From the NCBI GenBank assembly GCA_964016885.1, contig OZ024743.1, positions 296,794,001-296,858,000 of the forward strand: DNA of 64,000 bases. The letters are read 5' to 3'. Positions 27,040 to 42,165 of this stretch are shown one piece after another. Below the pieces are notes generated by a model. The model worked only from the letters and a program-made list of their open reading frames with translations. It was not told the DNA's origin and made no database searches. Made by a program: the position numbers and the translations under genes. The DNA comes from Eledone cirrhosa. Its lineage: Eukaryota. Every line of letters starts with the position of its first letter. Within the stretch, counting starts at the first letter, position 1.

Positions 27040-27164
27040 GTAAGTACAAACCATGTCAATTCTTTTACCTACCTTCATTCATTGCTTCACTGTCACAACG
27101 ACTGCAGTTTTAGTAGGTGAGTCGGATTTGGTTGCCACTGTTGTTATATCGCCACATACAAATA

Positions 27165-28500
27165 TAAATACATACGGAGCTGTATACAAATAATTTCTTA
27201 AACAGCCATAGTCATTCACACACGCATACGCATGGAGCTGCATACAAGTAGTTTCTCAAACAGTTATACACATTAAGGCCCATACTGTCTTTTGCACACA
27301 TACATGCACATGTATACTATCATATACATATATAACTGTATACTCTTGTATGTTTTTTACACACACATGGAGTTGCATACAAGTAGTTTCTTACATAGCC
27401 ATGCACATAACAGCCCATACAGTATTTTACTGACACCTACAATATATATATATACACACTGTCATATCCTCGTATATATATAACTGTATACTCTTGTATG
27501 GCTTTTACATATACACATGGGGTTGCATACAAGTAGTTACTCCTACAGTCATACACAATGAAGCCCATACAGTATTTTACTGACATATACACATACACAC
27601 TATCATATCCATACACATATATAACTGTATACTCTTTTGTCTTTTACATACACACATATATAGAGCTGCATACATGTAGTTACACAATCATACACATTGA
27701 AGCTCACATCGTCTTTTACTGACACACATATATCGGTGCACACACATACTGTCATATATTGACAGACATCTATAACTGTATTCTCTTGTATATAAACGCA
27801 CCACATAAACCACATACGTAAAATTAAAACCTTGCCAACGCAGACTTATATCACTAGTTTTCATGTATTCTGCTGTTTCACATGTACAATTGCAGCTAGA
27901 CTGTTATATTCACATACATAGTCAGTCATACACATAGTAATACACATATATATAGTCAGTGATATTCACGTACACGGTAATATACACATATACATAGTGA
28001 TACAGACATACATAGTCAGTGATACACACGTACACACAGTGTTAAACATATACACATAGTAATACATAGTGATACACAACAATACATAGTAATACAGACA
28101 TACAGTGATATAGTCATATACACAGTGGTACAAACACATAGTCAGGGATACACATATACACTGTAATACACACATATACAGTGCTGGATTTACCATTGTG
28201 CTTAGGTGTGCTTAAGAACAGGGCTCTGTTGGCTGGGGGGCATCTTCCTGCCAAAAAATCTTTTTTACCTCCTTCAGGGCCCAAGTAAGGGGCCTCATAA
28301 CTTAACTAACACTGGGCCTTATTTGTCCTAAATCTCGCACTGCACATATACATAGTGATATAGACACACATAGTAATACGCACATCTACATAGTGATACA
28401 GACACATACATAGTAATACACTTATATACATAGTGATACAGACACATACATAGTAATACACTCATATACATAGTGATACAGACACATACATAGTAATACA
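27165..28500. repeat. Degenerate minisatellites (gagctgcatacaagtagtt-containing units, then ~20-bp catagtgatacagacacata units)
   Basis: Recurrent units are directly visible. Confidence 0.75.
28179..28342. mobile_element. hAT-type MITE
   Basis: TIRs cagtgctggattta / taaatctcgcactg with 8-bp TSD CACATATA (28171-28178, 28343-28350). Confidence 0.75.
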
Positions 28501-29129
28501 GATTAGCCGAATGGTTCAATCACGTCCTGAGTTCTATCCCAGGAGCTAATATAGTGGGCAAATGTCATTTACCGCAGCTTCGGGTTGATCCAAGCCTTGT
28601 GAAGGAAATTGGATAGACGGAAACTATTTGGAAGTTCATCGGGTGGACTGTTCTTGTAATTGAAGGGCTAGCCCCGCCATGCTGAATCTTCTTGGAGTTA
28701 TGTTAAAGGTACACGTGTTTGTGGAATGTTCAGTCCCTTACACGTTAATTTCAAGAGCAGTCTGTTCCGTTGATCGAACAACTGGAACACTCTTCCTAGA
28801 AACTGACGGAGGTCCATTCCATACTCAGTGATACGCCTCATACATAGTCATGTATAGAAATATATATATACACACACACACAGGCATTCAAGCATAGACG
28901 CGTTCAAATACGCAGAAACCGCACTCACCCTTTTACATGCATTTTCACTTGCACACACATACTAATAATAAAGAAAAAGTTATAAAGCTTGTTGGAACCA
29001 TACATTTATTAATACCCACCTCTCTATTTTACACACACACATAAATGTGTATATATATATATATAATCTATTTATTTGTTTTTCACATTGCCAGGTGATA
29101 AATACTCCTTGATTAAAACAAAACAATTA

Positions 29130-31728
<2,599 letters not shown>

Positions 31729-31730
<2 letters not shown>

Positions 31731-31795
31731 GGAAAGGGCGGTGCCCCAGCATGGCCTCAGCCGGATGGCTGAAACAGGTAAAAGAGTAAAAGAGT

Positions 31796-31796
<1 letters not shown>
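31729..31796 (+). mobile_element. SINE 3' tail fragment
   Basis: cggtgccccagcatggcc...gctgaaacaggtaaaagagtaaaagag, a tandem-tailed SINE end of the kind common in octopus DNA. Confidence 0.6.
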
Positions 31797-31841
<45 letters not shown>

Positions 31842-31952
31842 TGTATGTGTGTATGTATATATATATGTATATATATAACGAAGGAAATGTGGTAAGGAAC
31901 CAGGTGGACCATAACGCACCAAAGTACTCAATACTTAGGGTAGTAGAGTGGG

Positions 31953-31994
<42 letters not shown>

Positions 31995-32193
31995 TATGTG
32001 TGTATATATATATATAGTGTATGTGTGTATATATATATATAGTGTATGTGTGTATATATATATATAGTGTATGTGTGTATATATATATATAGTGTATGTG
32101 TGTATATATATATATAGTGTATGTGTGTATATATATATATAGTGTATGTGTGTGTATATATATATAGTGTATGTGTGTGTATATATATATAGT

Positions 32194-32252
<59 letters not shown>

Positions 32253-32274
32253 GTGTGTGTATATATATACATAT

Positions 32275-32880
32275 GTCAGGTCACCACTTGGTGCTACTGG
32301 TAACATGTATCCCAGTACAACCCGTCTCATGGTCGGGTCGTTGGCGACTAAACTGGCAACCCCACCAAGGTTTCTTGGTGAGGGGGGTGACTTTGGACAT
32401 CCTGCAGGACTAAAAACAAAACCTGTCAAAGGGAAAAGGAGCTCTTAAGAGTCAATGGCCATCCAAAATCACTGGGAGAGATGACCCCTTAGCCTTTGTC
32501 AAGGCAGAATTCTAGAAGGAAAACTCTGATATAACACCTGCAACCCTGATGGTATCCAATGATGTTGACTTGTTCTTCTTTTTGGTAAATATCATCTTGG
32601 TTAAGAGAGTGGGACTGGCTTTGTGCAGTGCCTTTGCTCACTATAATAGCTTCACGGCACAGGCATTGCTTTATATCTGGAGATCTCTCTGCACTTGTCA
32701 TCACATGGTACCAAAGGCAAAGCACTATGTGTCGATAATTGTCACAAGTGTAGTGTTTGTACCAGAGTTTTCAAGTCGCTGGCTGGACTAAAAAGTCACT
32801 CTCGTTCAGCGCATCGGTAGGGGTTCTCCTACATGGATATAAAGTAGTGGCCGTACTCGAAAACGAGTTGGCAGCCACCA
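32275..32880 (+). mobile_element. Internally deleted non-autonomous RTE/BovB-like element (structured 5' leader + C2H2 finger ORF end + 3' UTR)
   Basis: 5' ~190 bp, an internal block and the 3' terminus gagtt.gcagcca are shared with 46604-47120. Encodes [25 protein letters not shown] (stop 32818-32820). Confidence 0.65.
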
Positions 32881-32893
32881 TATATATATATAA

Positions 32894-32927
<34 letters not shown>

Positions 32928-32958
32928 GTGTGTGTATATATATATATATATATAATGA

Positions 32959-32997
<39 letters not shown>

Positions 32998-33050
32998 GTG
33001 TGTGTATATATATATATATATAATGAATGTGTATATATATATATATATAT

Positions 33051-33122
<72 letters not shown>

Positions 33123-33183
33123 TATTGTATGTGTATATATATATATACATATTGTATGTGTATATATATACATATATATTGTA

Positions 33184-33214
<31 letters not shown>

Positions 33215-33239
33215 TGTATGTGTATATATATATAGTGTA

Positions 33240-33273
<34 letters not shown>

Positions 33274-33292
33274 GTGTGTATATATATATATA

Positions 33293-33338
<46 letters not shown>

Positions 33339-33352
33339 TGTATATATATATA

Positions 33353-33399
<47 letters not shown>

Positions 33400-33479
33400 T
33401 AGTGTGTATATATATATATATATATATACACATAGTTTGTGTGTGTATATATATATGTGTGTGTGTATATATATATGTG

Positions 33480-33521
<42 letters not shown>

Positions 33522-33522
33522 T

Positions 33523-33561
<39 letters not shown>

Positions 33562-33597
33562 TTTGTGTATATATATATGTATATATATATATATATA

Positions 33598-33635
<38 letters not shown>

Positions 33636-33637
<2 letters not shown>

Positions 33638-34485
33638 GGTGCAATAAGTAGCAGCAAGTGCCCACAAAATACTAGCTCTTTCAATTGCGCAGAGGGTTCT
33701 ATAGAAATAGTGGACAGCTTCCGTTACCTGGGTGACAAAATCAGCAGTGGGGGAGGGTGCTCTGAAAGTACAGTAGCTAGAGTCAGAACGGGATGGAAAA
33801 AGTTCAGAGCTTATACCACTATTGGCCGCTAAAGGGTTCTCCCTAAAAATGAAAGGCAGGTTGTATGATGCCTGCATACGAACAGCAATGTTGCATGGCA
33901 GTGAGACCTGAGCATTGTGTGCAGAGGATATACGCAGACTAGAGAGGAACGAAGCTTGCATGCTCCGCTGGATGTGTAACAGTAATATACGTGAACGGCA
34001 AAGCATAAACGAACTAAGGGAAAAATTAGAAATAAGAGGGATCAGATGTTGTTTACTCGAGAGAAGGCTACGTTGGTACGGTCACGTGATGCGCATGAAA
34101 GACGACAGCTGTATTAAAAAGTGCAGGGCAATAAAGATAGACGGTAGCCACGGAGTAGGCAGACCCAGAAAAACCTGGGACGACCTGATAAATTCCGACC
34201 TCACACACTTACACCTCTCCAAGACAATGCCACTGGACCGAGATCTTTGTGGGTACTCAGTAATAGAGAACACCTGCCTTGCCTAAATACAATGTAAACC
34301 TACTACAGTCAGTAGACATCTGTAACAAAATACCCGGTTGGTGTTAGGAAGGGCATCCAGCTGTAGAAAACCCGCCAGACAGTCCTATGCGAGCAAGACA
34401 ACCACTCTTGCCTCAAGTGGGAAAACTCCCGTCCAAACCCATGCAAGCGTGGAACATGGACGTTAAACGATGATGATGATGATGA
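33636..34485 (+). mobile_element. RTE LINE 3' fragment
   Basis: [19 protein letters not shown]...[10 protein letters not shown]...[14 protein letters not shown]...GRPRKTW; (GAT)n tail. Confidence 0.9.
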
Positions 34486-34536
34486 TATATATATATATAT
34501 ATATATATATAGTGTGTGTATATATATATATATATA

Positions 34537-34602
<66 letters not shown>

Positions 34603-34640
34603 GTGTGTGTATATATATATATATATATATAGTGTGTGTA

Positions 34641-34745
<105 letters not shown>

Positions 34746-34840
34746 GCGAAGTAATTCGGTCGGAAAAGTCCAGGAAAAAAGAGTGCTTTATGTAGGTAAC
34801 AGAGCTTAATAGTTATGTAATAAACAACATAAGGCAATTA

Positions 34841-34901
34841 TTTCATTTACCAATGGTTTCTTAAAAGCAAAAAAATGTTGCTTTCAATCATCAGAATGAA
34901 A
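34841..34901 (-). ncRNA. Type I hammerhead ribozyme
   Basis: UUUCAUU-CUGAUGA-UUGAAAGCAACAUUUUUUUGCUUUUAA-GAAA-CCAUUGG-UA-AAUGAAA. Confidence 0.85.
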
Positions 34902-34966
34902 AAATCCTGGTGTATTTATTGGCGTTGGATTTTAAAAATCCAACGCCAATAAATACACCAGGATTT

Positions 34967-35027
34967 TTTCATTCTGATGATTGAAAGCAAAATTTTTTTG
35001 CTTTTATGAAACCATTGGTAAATGAAA
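34967..35027 (+). ncRNA. Type I hammerhead ribozyme
   Basis: UUUCAUU-CUGAUGA-U UGAAAGCAAAA UUU UUUUGCUUUUA U-GAAA-CCAUUGG-UA-AAUGAAA. Stem I has 7 bp; predicted cut after GUA at 35020. Confidence 0.85.
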
Positions 35028-35290
35028 TAATTGCCTTATGTTGTTTATTACATAACTATATATATATATATATATATATGTATATGTATATATATATATG
35101 TATATATATATATGTATATATATATATGTATATATATATATGTATATATATATATGTATATATATATATGTATATATATATATGTATATATATATATGTA
35201 TATATGTATATGTATATATATATATATGTATATATGTATATGTATATGTATATATGTATATGTATATATATATATGTATATATGTATATG

Positions 35291-35321
<31 letters not shown>

Positions 35322-35536
35322 GTATATATGTATATGTATATATATATGTATATATATATATATGTATATGTATATATGTATATGTATATATGTATATATG
35401 TATATGTATATATGTATATATATATATGTGTATATGTATATATGTATATATATATATGTATATATATATATGTATATATATATATGTATATATATATATG
35501 TATATATGTATATATATATATGTATATATATATATG

Positions 35537-35615
<79 letters not shown>

Positions 35616-35658
35616 GTATATATATATATGTATATATATATATGTATATATATATATG

Positions 35659-35793
<135 letters not shown>

Positions 35794-35963
35794 GTATATA
35801 TATATATGTATATATATACATATATATACATATATATACATATACATATATATACATATATATATACACTATATATATATACATATATATATACACTATA
35901 TATATACATATATATACACTATATATATACATATATATACACTATATATATACATATATATAC

Positions 35964-35996
<33 letters not shown>

Positions 35997-35998
35997 TA

Positions 35999-36090
<92 letters not shown>

Positions 36091-36139
36091 GTGTGTGTGT
36101 GTGTGTGTTTCTATATATATATATATATATACATATATA

Positions 36140-36170
<31 letters not shown>

Positions 36171-36217
36171 GTGTGTGCGCATGTGTATATATATATATAT
36201 ATATAGATATATATATA

Positions 36218-36281
<64 letters not shown>

Positions 36282-36544
36282 TATGTGTGTATATATATAT
36301 ATAATGTATGTGTCTATATATAATGTATGTGTGTATATATATATATAATGTATGTGTGTATATATATATATATATAGTGTATGTGTATATATATATATAT
36401 AGTGTATGTGTGTATATATGTGTGTGTGTTTATATATATATAGTGTATGTGTGTATATATATATATAGTGTATGTGTATATAGTGTATGTGTATATAGTG
36501 TGTGTGTATGTGTATATAGTGTATGTGTGTATGTGTATATAGTG

Positions 36545-36885
36545 TCATCATCATCATCATCATCAACGTTTAACGTCCGTGTTCCACGCTTGCATGGGTT
36601 TGGACGGGGGTAGTCCCACTTGAGGCAAGAGTGATTGTCTTGCTCGCATAGGACTGTCTGGCAGGTTTTCTACAGTTGGATGCCCTTCCTAACACCAACC
36701 ACATTTACAGTGTGGGTCTGGGAGGTTTTTACCGTGTTGCCTACACGGCCACATTACAGCGTGGACTGTGTGTTTTTTTGTCGTGACACCTACACGATCT
36801 CATTTGTTTCGGCCTCGATGGCGCGGCACCAACATAACTTTACATAGAACGGGGTGGTGTGGATGGGGTGGGGGTGGGGGTGGTG
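36545..36885 (-). mobile_element. RTE 3' UTR fragment
   Basis: Reverse complement of the 34335-34485 tail family. Confidence 0.8.
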
Positions 36886-36973
36886 GGACGGAGTGTATGT
36901 GTATATATATATAGTGTGTGTGTATATATATATATAGTGTGTGTGTATATATATATATAGTGTGTGTGTATAT

Positions 36974-37008
<35 letters not shown>

Positions 37009-37083
37009 CTCACCCCCTTTTTTCTATATGTCTCTCCACTACTCCCCTACACACCCTTGGAACTCTCTTCCCACACACTTTTC

Positions 37084-37114
37084 ACCTGAAGAAGGGCTTA
37101 TGCCGAAACGTCGT
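37084..37114 (+). ncRNA. Degenerate minimal hammerhead motif (CUGAAGA core)
   Basis: AC-CUGAAGA-AG GGC UUAU GCC-GAAA-CG-UC-GU. Stem III is only the palindrome ACGU and stem I has just 2 bp. Confidence 0.4.
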
Positions 37115-37664
37115 TCCCCACCATCACCCCACTCTCAAGAGCGTGAAACTAATAAACCTTTGTTCGTACTGCCTCTCTGTTTTGTTCCCGTTCAATTTTT
37201 TACTATATATATATATATATATATACATATATTTCTTTTTTTAAATGCATATAATGTTACCTTTTTACACCAACGTTTGCAAATTTCTGTCTTATATGTT
37301 TATACACTAGATATGACTTTCTATAATAATAGTACTAAACACTGTTTTTCTGGACCCCTTTAGAAATAACCTGCTACTATAATAGCCCTAATAACTTGTC
37401 TGTGACATTGTACCACTTTGACCCCTCTAACTAAATTTTGTCCGAACAACACCACTAGAAGAATCTACTTCCCAGCCAACCTTAGCACGCCTCATTAAGC
37501 TAACTGCTGCCAAAACATTCTCTCTTCACAATCTCTACTAGTCTGACAGTCTTAAACCCTAAGACTCCCTCCACCTTACTCACTTCCCTCTTCCCCTTCT
37601 CTTCCTACCTCCTTCTTTATCTTTTATCTAGTGTATAAAATATTTTCATATCATTCTAATACAA

Positions 37665-37781
37665 AGGTCTGATGACATGGTGTGTTGGCTTACAGTGTAC
37701 TTTCGGTTTTTGATAATATTTGTGTATTATTCAAATAGCGAGGTATAGGTAACTCATACACTATAGAAACAATTGTTACCT
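37665..37781 (+). ncRNA. Type I hammerhead ribozyme with ~90-nt stem II
   Basis: AGGU-CUGAUGA-[C AUGGUGUGU...AUACACUAU A]-GAAA-CAAUUG-UU-ACCU. The insert folds as a long hairpin; stem III is palindromic. Confidence 0.75.
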
Positions 37782-37851
37782 AATAAATTCTATATACCCG
37801 CATTTCCATTTCGTAAATTTTTTCTCCATATATATATATATATATATATAT

Positions 37852-37909
<58 letters not shown>

Positions 37910-37910
37910 T

Positions 37911-37963
37911 GAGATTCTACAGGACTAGAACTGTTTCATTCATTAGAAATCATCAGGAATCCC
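37911..37963 (-). ncRNA. Type I hammerhead ribozyme (inverted partner of 37966-38018)
   Basis: GGGAUUC-CUGAUGA-UUUC UAAU GAAU-GAAA-CAG UUCUAGUC CUG-UA-GAAUCUC. Confidence 0.82.
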
Positions 37964-37965
37964 TG

Positions 37966-38018
37966 GAGATTCCTGATGATTTCTAATGAATGAAACAGTT
38001 CTAGTCCTGTAGAATCTC
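37966..38018 (+). ncRNA. Type I hammerhead ribozyme
   Basis: GAGAUUC-CUGAUGA-UUUC UAAU GAAU-GAAA-CAG UUCUAGUC CUG-UA-GAAUCUC. Stem I has 7 bp; predicted cut after GUA at 38011. Confidence 0.85.
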
Positions 38019-38100
38019 ATCTATATTAAAACTGTTATACTCTGCTATGTATTGAGTACCTTACTTACTGTGGTTACCTCCGATTCAACCCGGAATAACG

Positions 38101-38132
<32 letters not shown>

Positions 38133-38578
38133 TACATATATATATGCTCCACTTTCTAGCATGACTGGTTGCTGAAAGACATACCTCACAGCTCTAACAA
38201 CAGAAACATTAATGTCTCTCTTTGTGATATAAAGGTGTACGTCTTCTATCGCTGTTTATTGTTGTTTAGTAGCAGATCAGCTTCGAGTGAGCTGTAACCT
38301 ATGAATGAAGGCGTTCCAGTCACGACCACCACATATTTAGTCTTTTATGTATATTTTGTGTATGTAATGTCATTCTTATTTATTGTTGTATTTGTGTGTG
38401 TTTTATAGACAGAATGATGTGATACGAGGGAGGTTTGACTGCTGTTTCTAGCATGTTGAGTGACTGCATAGTGGTATTTTGTCTCGGGTTGTATTTGTAG
38501 TGTGGTATGGTATGTGTGTGTGTTGTGATCTGTGTATAATTTGCCTAATATATATATATGATGATGATTATATATATG

Positions 38579-38609
<31 letters not shown>

Positions 38610-40227
38610 GTGTTATTGTAGCTGTTTAGAGCTAGGTCAGTCCCCATTTAGTAGATCTATGATAAAAGGTATTCCAGTTTTGACCACCCTGCCTTGTGTA
38701 TGTAGGACTACATTTCCCAATGTATCCTTCCATTTTAAAGATAGTAAGAAATTTGCTAACGGTTTCATTTTTCCATTTCGAATTGTATTTAAAAACGCCG
38801 TCATAAAGATTTGAAAAGAAAGTATGGAAATCTACAATAGATCTTGAAATAAAACGAAAATATTCCGTCCGATTCATTAAATTTATTGTGTATATATATA
38901 TATATACGTTAGGTTTAAGGTTCGAATAAGGGCTAGTGTTAGGGTTCTCTCGCCGGTGTATGTGTGCATGTGTGTGTCTATATCTCTATCTATCTATATA
39001 ATAGGAAAAAAGTCAGGACCCCGACGGCAGAGCTCAAGCCGTTTCGACTGCTATTTCTAGTCCAGAAATAGCCGAGTACTCTGGTGCGTTATATATATTG
39101 TTGAATATGTGAAATGAGCATGGGAAATTCGACTAGATATTTTTACTTTCTTTGAGATTTATTGTGAGTGTACTAGATGTCTACTACTACACAGCATAAA
39201 AAAGAACATACGCACACATATATACACACTCACGTAGGCTTAATCTGTCACCCAGTTTAAAACCAACACCTGGCCCTTGGGTGCCATTAAGTAGTGTTCA
39301 CTCTGTTGCAAGCATTTCGGACTAGGTCTCCTCTTTGATGATGTGTTCCTTACTTCCCACCAGTCATAGAGACTCCTGAAAAGGATCATAGGCACTGCTC
39401 TTCTCTCCCCAATTAAGCAATAACATATACACTTACATAAACAAACAGGTAATACTGATTTAATAAATTAATTTGTTATAGGTAAATTACTTATTTGCAG
39501 TTCTTTAGAATTTATTGTATATGCTCTCATGATTGACATTCGTTGACAATCGAGCTGAAGTGTCAACTCCAATGCCAAGTTGGTGCACCAACAGCTTATT
39601 CCGCAACAACAGTAAGTCGAGTGGTGCGGCAACAGCAGATGGCTCGGGACACGGAAGTGATGGACGACAAGGGAAGAGAGAGAGAGAGCAATAGTAACCG
39701 TAACATCGTATTCTACAGCAGTGATTCCCAAACTTACTTTGTCGTGGAACCCTTATGCAATTTTTCCCAAAACTGTGGAACCTATACCTACCTTCCTACC
39801 GTCATTTTAATACGATTTAAAATAAAACAAAAATTGTTTTATAGAGAGAATTTAGTCATATATTCATCAGTGCAGACATGGCAGCGAGGTTAAGGATTTC
39901 GTTTTACAACCACATGATTTTAGGTTCAGTCTACTCCGTAGCACCTTGCCCATGTGAGTCTTTTTCTATAACCTCAAGTTGACCAATGCCATGTGAGTGA
40001 AATTTCATTGACGGAAACTGTGTGGAAGCCCATTGTTGACACGACAAAAAGCACTCGGCCGACCCTGCAAGTGGTCGTGCTGGTGACACGATGAAAAAGT
40101 ACCCAGTCAACCTGTAGGTTGGTCGATTTGGTGTCACAATAAAAACACAAAAAAAAAGCTAGAAATAGTTCTGTATGAGCAAGACACGGTCATCTGATTT
40201 GGCTTGTCTCACATCAGGACAACTCGT

Positions 40228-40331
<104 letters not shown>

Positions 40332-41974
40332 TTGTATTTCTTTATTAGTGGGGAAAACGGACGTTAAATGATGTTGACATACTGAATGTTATGAAAGACA
40401 TCTTATCTCGGGGAATTCTGAGGTTCTGTGTAATCGTTTTTAGGAAACATTGATCCAGAGTATGTTGTTTGATCGTTATAGCTGGATGTCTTTAACTATT
40501 TAACTACACCAATCCAGCAATATTTCATGTTATCAGCACTCTTCATAAATATCTATCCGAGGATTCTGAACACATGAGGGAATCTTAGGGGCGTCATTAT
40601 GATATCCTACATGTCTTGGGCATTGAAATATGGCAGAACCTATTCCTCTTCATGTCTGAATGTAAAGGTTGATTTATTCTTGATATACAGTAATTAAAAC
40701 AAAGATAGGGGAAGAATCAACCCCAGTTCTGGACTGATACTTTATTTATCGACCTCGAAAGGATGAAAGGTGAGGTTGACCTAGGTCAGATTTGAACCTG
40801 GACCCCACAAAGTCATAATGAATACTATAAAGCCTTTTGTCGGACGTTCTAATGACTGCGGATTCACCTTTTACGCCATACACGCACATCAATCAAACGT
40901 ACACCCACGTTATGCCATTGCTAGATTGACACGTCAAGCTGTATGTAGCTTACAAACAGTTGTAAAGTCTCCCTAGGCTTAAGTTACTCTTTTCTATCAC
41001 TTATTGCTTTATGTCTCATCAACAATTAATTTATCATTGTTATTATTAGCAGGAAAGAAAGAACGTGAGTGGAAGTATAGCTCGTGTTAATTTACCTTCT
41101 CTGTTGAAACCCTTTTACTCTTCTGAAGGTCGATAAAATAAAGTACCAGTCAAGTATTGGGATTCATCATCATCACTTAATGCCCAGATTTTTATGCTGG
41201 CATGATTTGGACAGGTTGTTATAGACCAAGTCAGTATTTAATTGGTTTTACTCACTATCCAAGTGGGCCGTGGACCTACATCTCGCTTACTTACGTTCCA
41301 GTTTTTGCATGGTTTCTACAATTGGATGCTCTTCCTATCACCAAATTTGATTTAATCAAATTTCTGGCCTTGTATCTGAATTAGAAACCAAGATGGCGAG
41401 TGAAAGAATGGATGGAAGTATGGTTACAGTGTCTTTTATGATCTATGTTCAAACCGTTTTGCATTCCATTCTTTTGGACTTGATAAAAAAAGTACCAGTT
41501 AAGTGCTTTAGAATACATAGTCGTTTTATTTTTAGATCGTTGGGTAACTTTCTTCATAGAAGAACTTAAAACGTCAGTAATCCATTCCCCATTTTTCAGC
41601 TGGTGTATTCCAGGGAAGCATGATAAATGCAGCCCTATTTCTTTTATTAATTAGTGGCGAAGTTTGTTAGTCTGTTTAGTTCATATGTGGTGGTATAGTA
41701 GATGTTGAATTGATGATATAGTTGAATGAGTGGTTTGTTGGTCGAATCTATGGTAAGTGAAGTGTGTCTCAGTGAGTCGAGAGAATTGTGAAGTCTTGCC
41801 ATGGTTGTAGGAAACCAGTGGTTGTAGTCGCTTGTTGTGGTGAAGTGATATTGTCGTGGGGAGAACAATTTCCCCTAATCACATTGACATGAATTTACAA
41901 ATATAGTAAGACCCCGCTATTTTTGTGTGTTTTTATTGATTGCATGATTTACTTCGAAATCATGTACAGTAGTA

Positions 41975-42165
41975 ATAATTGTTTCTACTTTTGGCACAAG
42001 GCCAGCAATTATCCCAGTGTATTACTGGAACTTTATTTTATCGACCCCATAAGGATGAAAGGTAAAGTTAACCTCGGCGGGATTTGAACTCAGTCCGTAA
42101 AGGGATGTAACTATGCTGGAAAGCATGGCGTCCGACCCTCTACCGATACTGCCAATCCACCATGG
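41975..42165 (-). mobile_element. tRNA-derived SINE
   Basis: Reverse complement of the 60536-60693 family; a diverged copy lies at 40720-40870(-). Confidence 0.8.

Larger units (their letters stand above)
34809..35059. repeat. ~250-bp near-perfect palindrome (1-nt spacer at 34934) with a hammerhead in each arm
   Basis: Centre ggcgttggatttt-a-aaaatccaacgcc; the arms differ at two positions I could see. Confidence 0.92.

Noticed and set aside
32275-32365. Assignment of the RTE-derived leader as a canonical HDV-like, twister or hatchet ribozyme
   Set aside because: Partial resemblances exist (CUAA before a P2-like stem, UACUG..CAGUA-CAA), but I could not build a complete consensus fold in both copies. 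Kept only as an unclassified structured leader.
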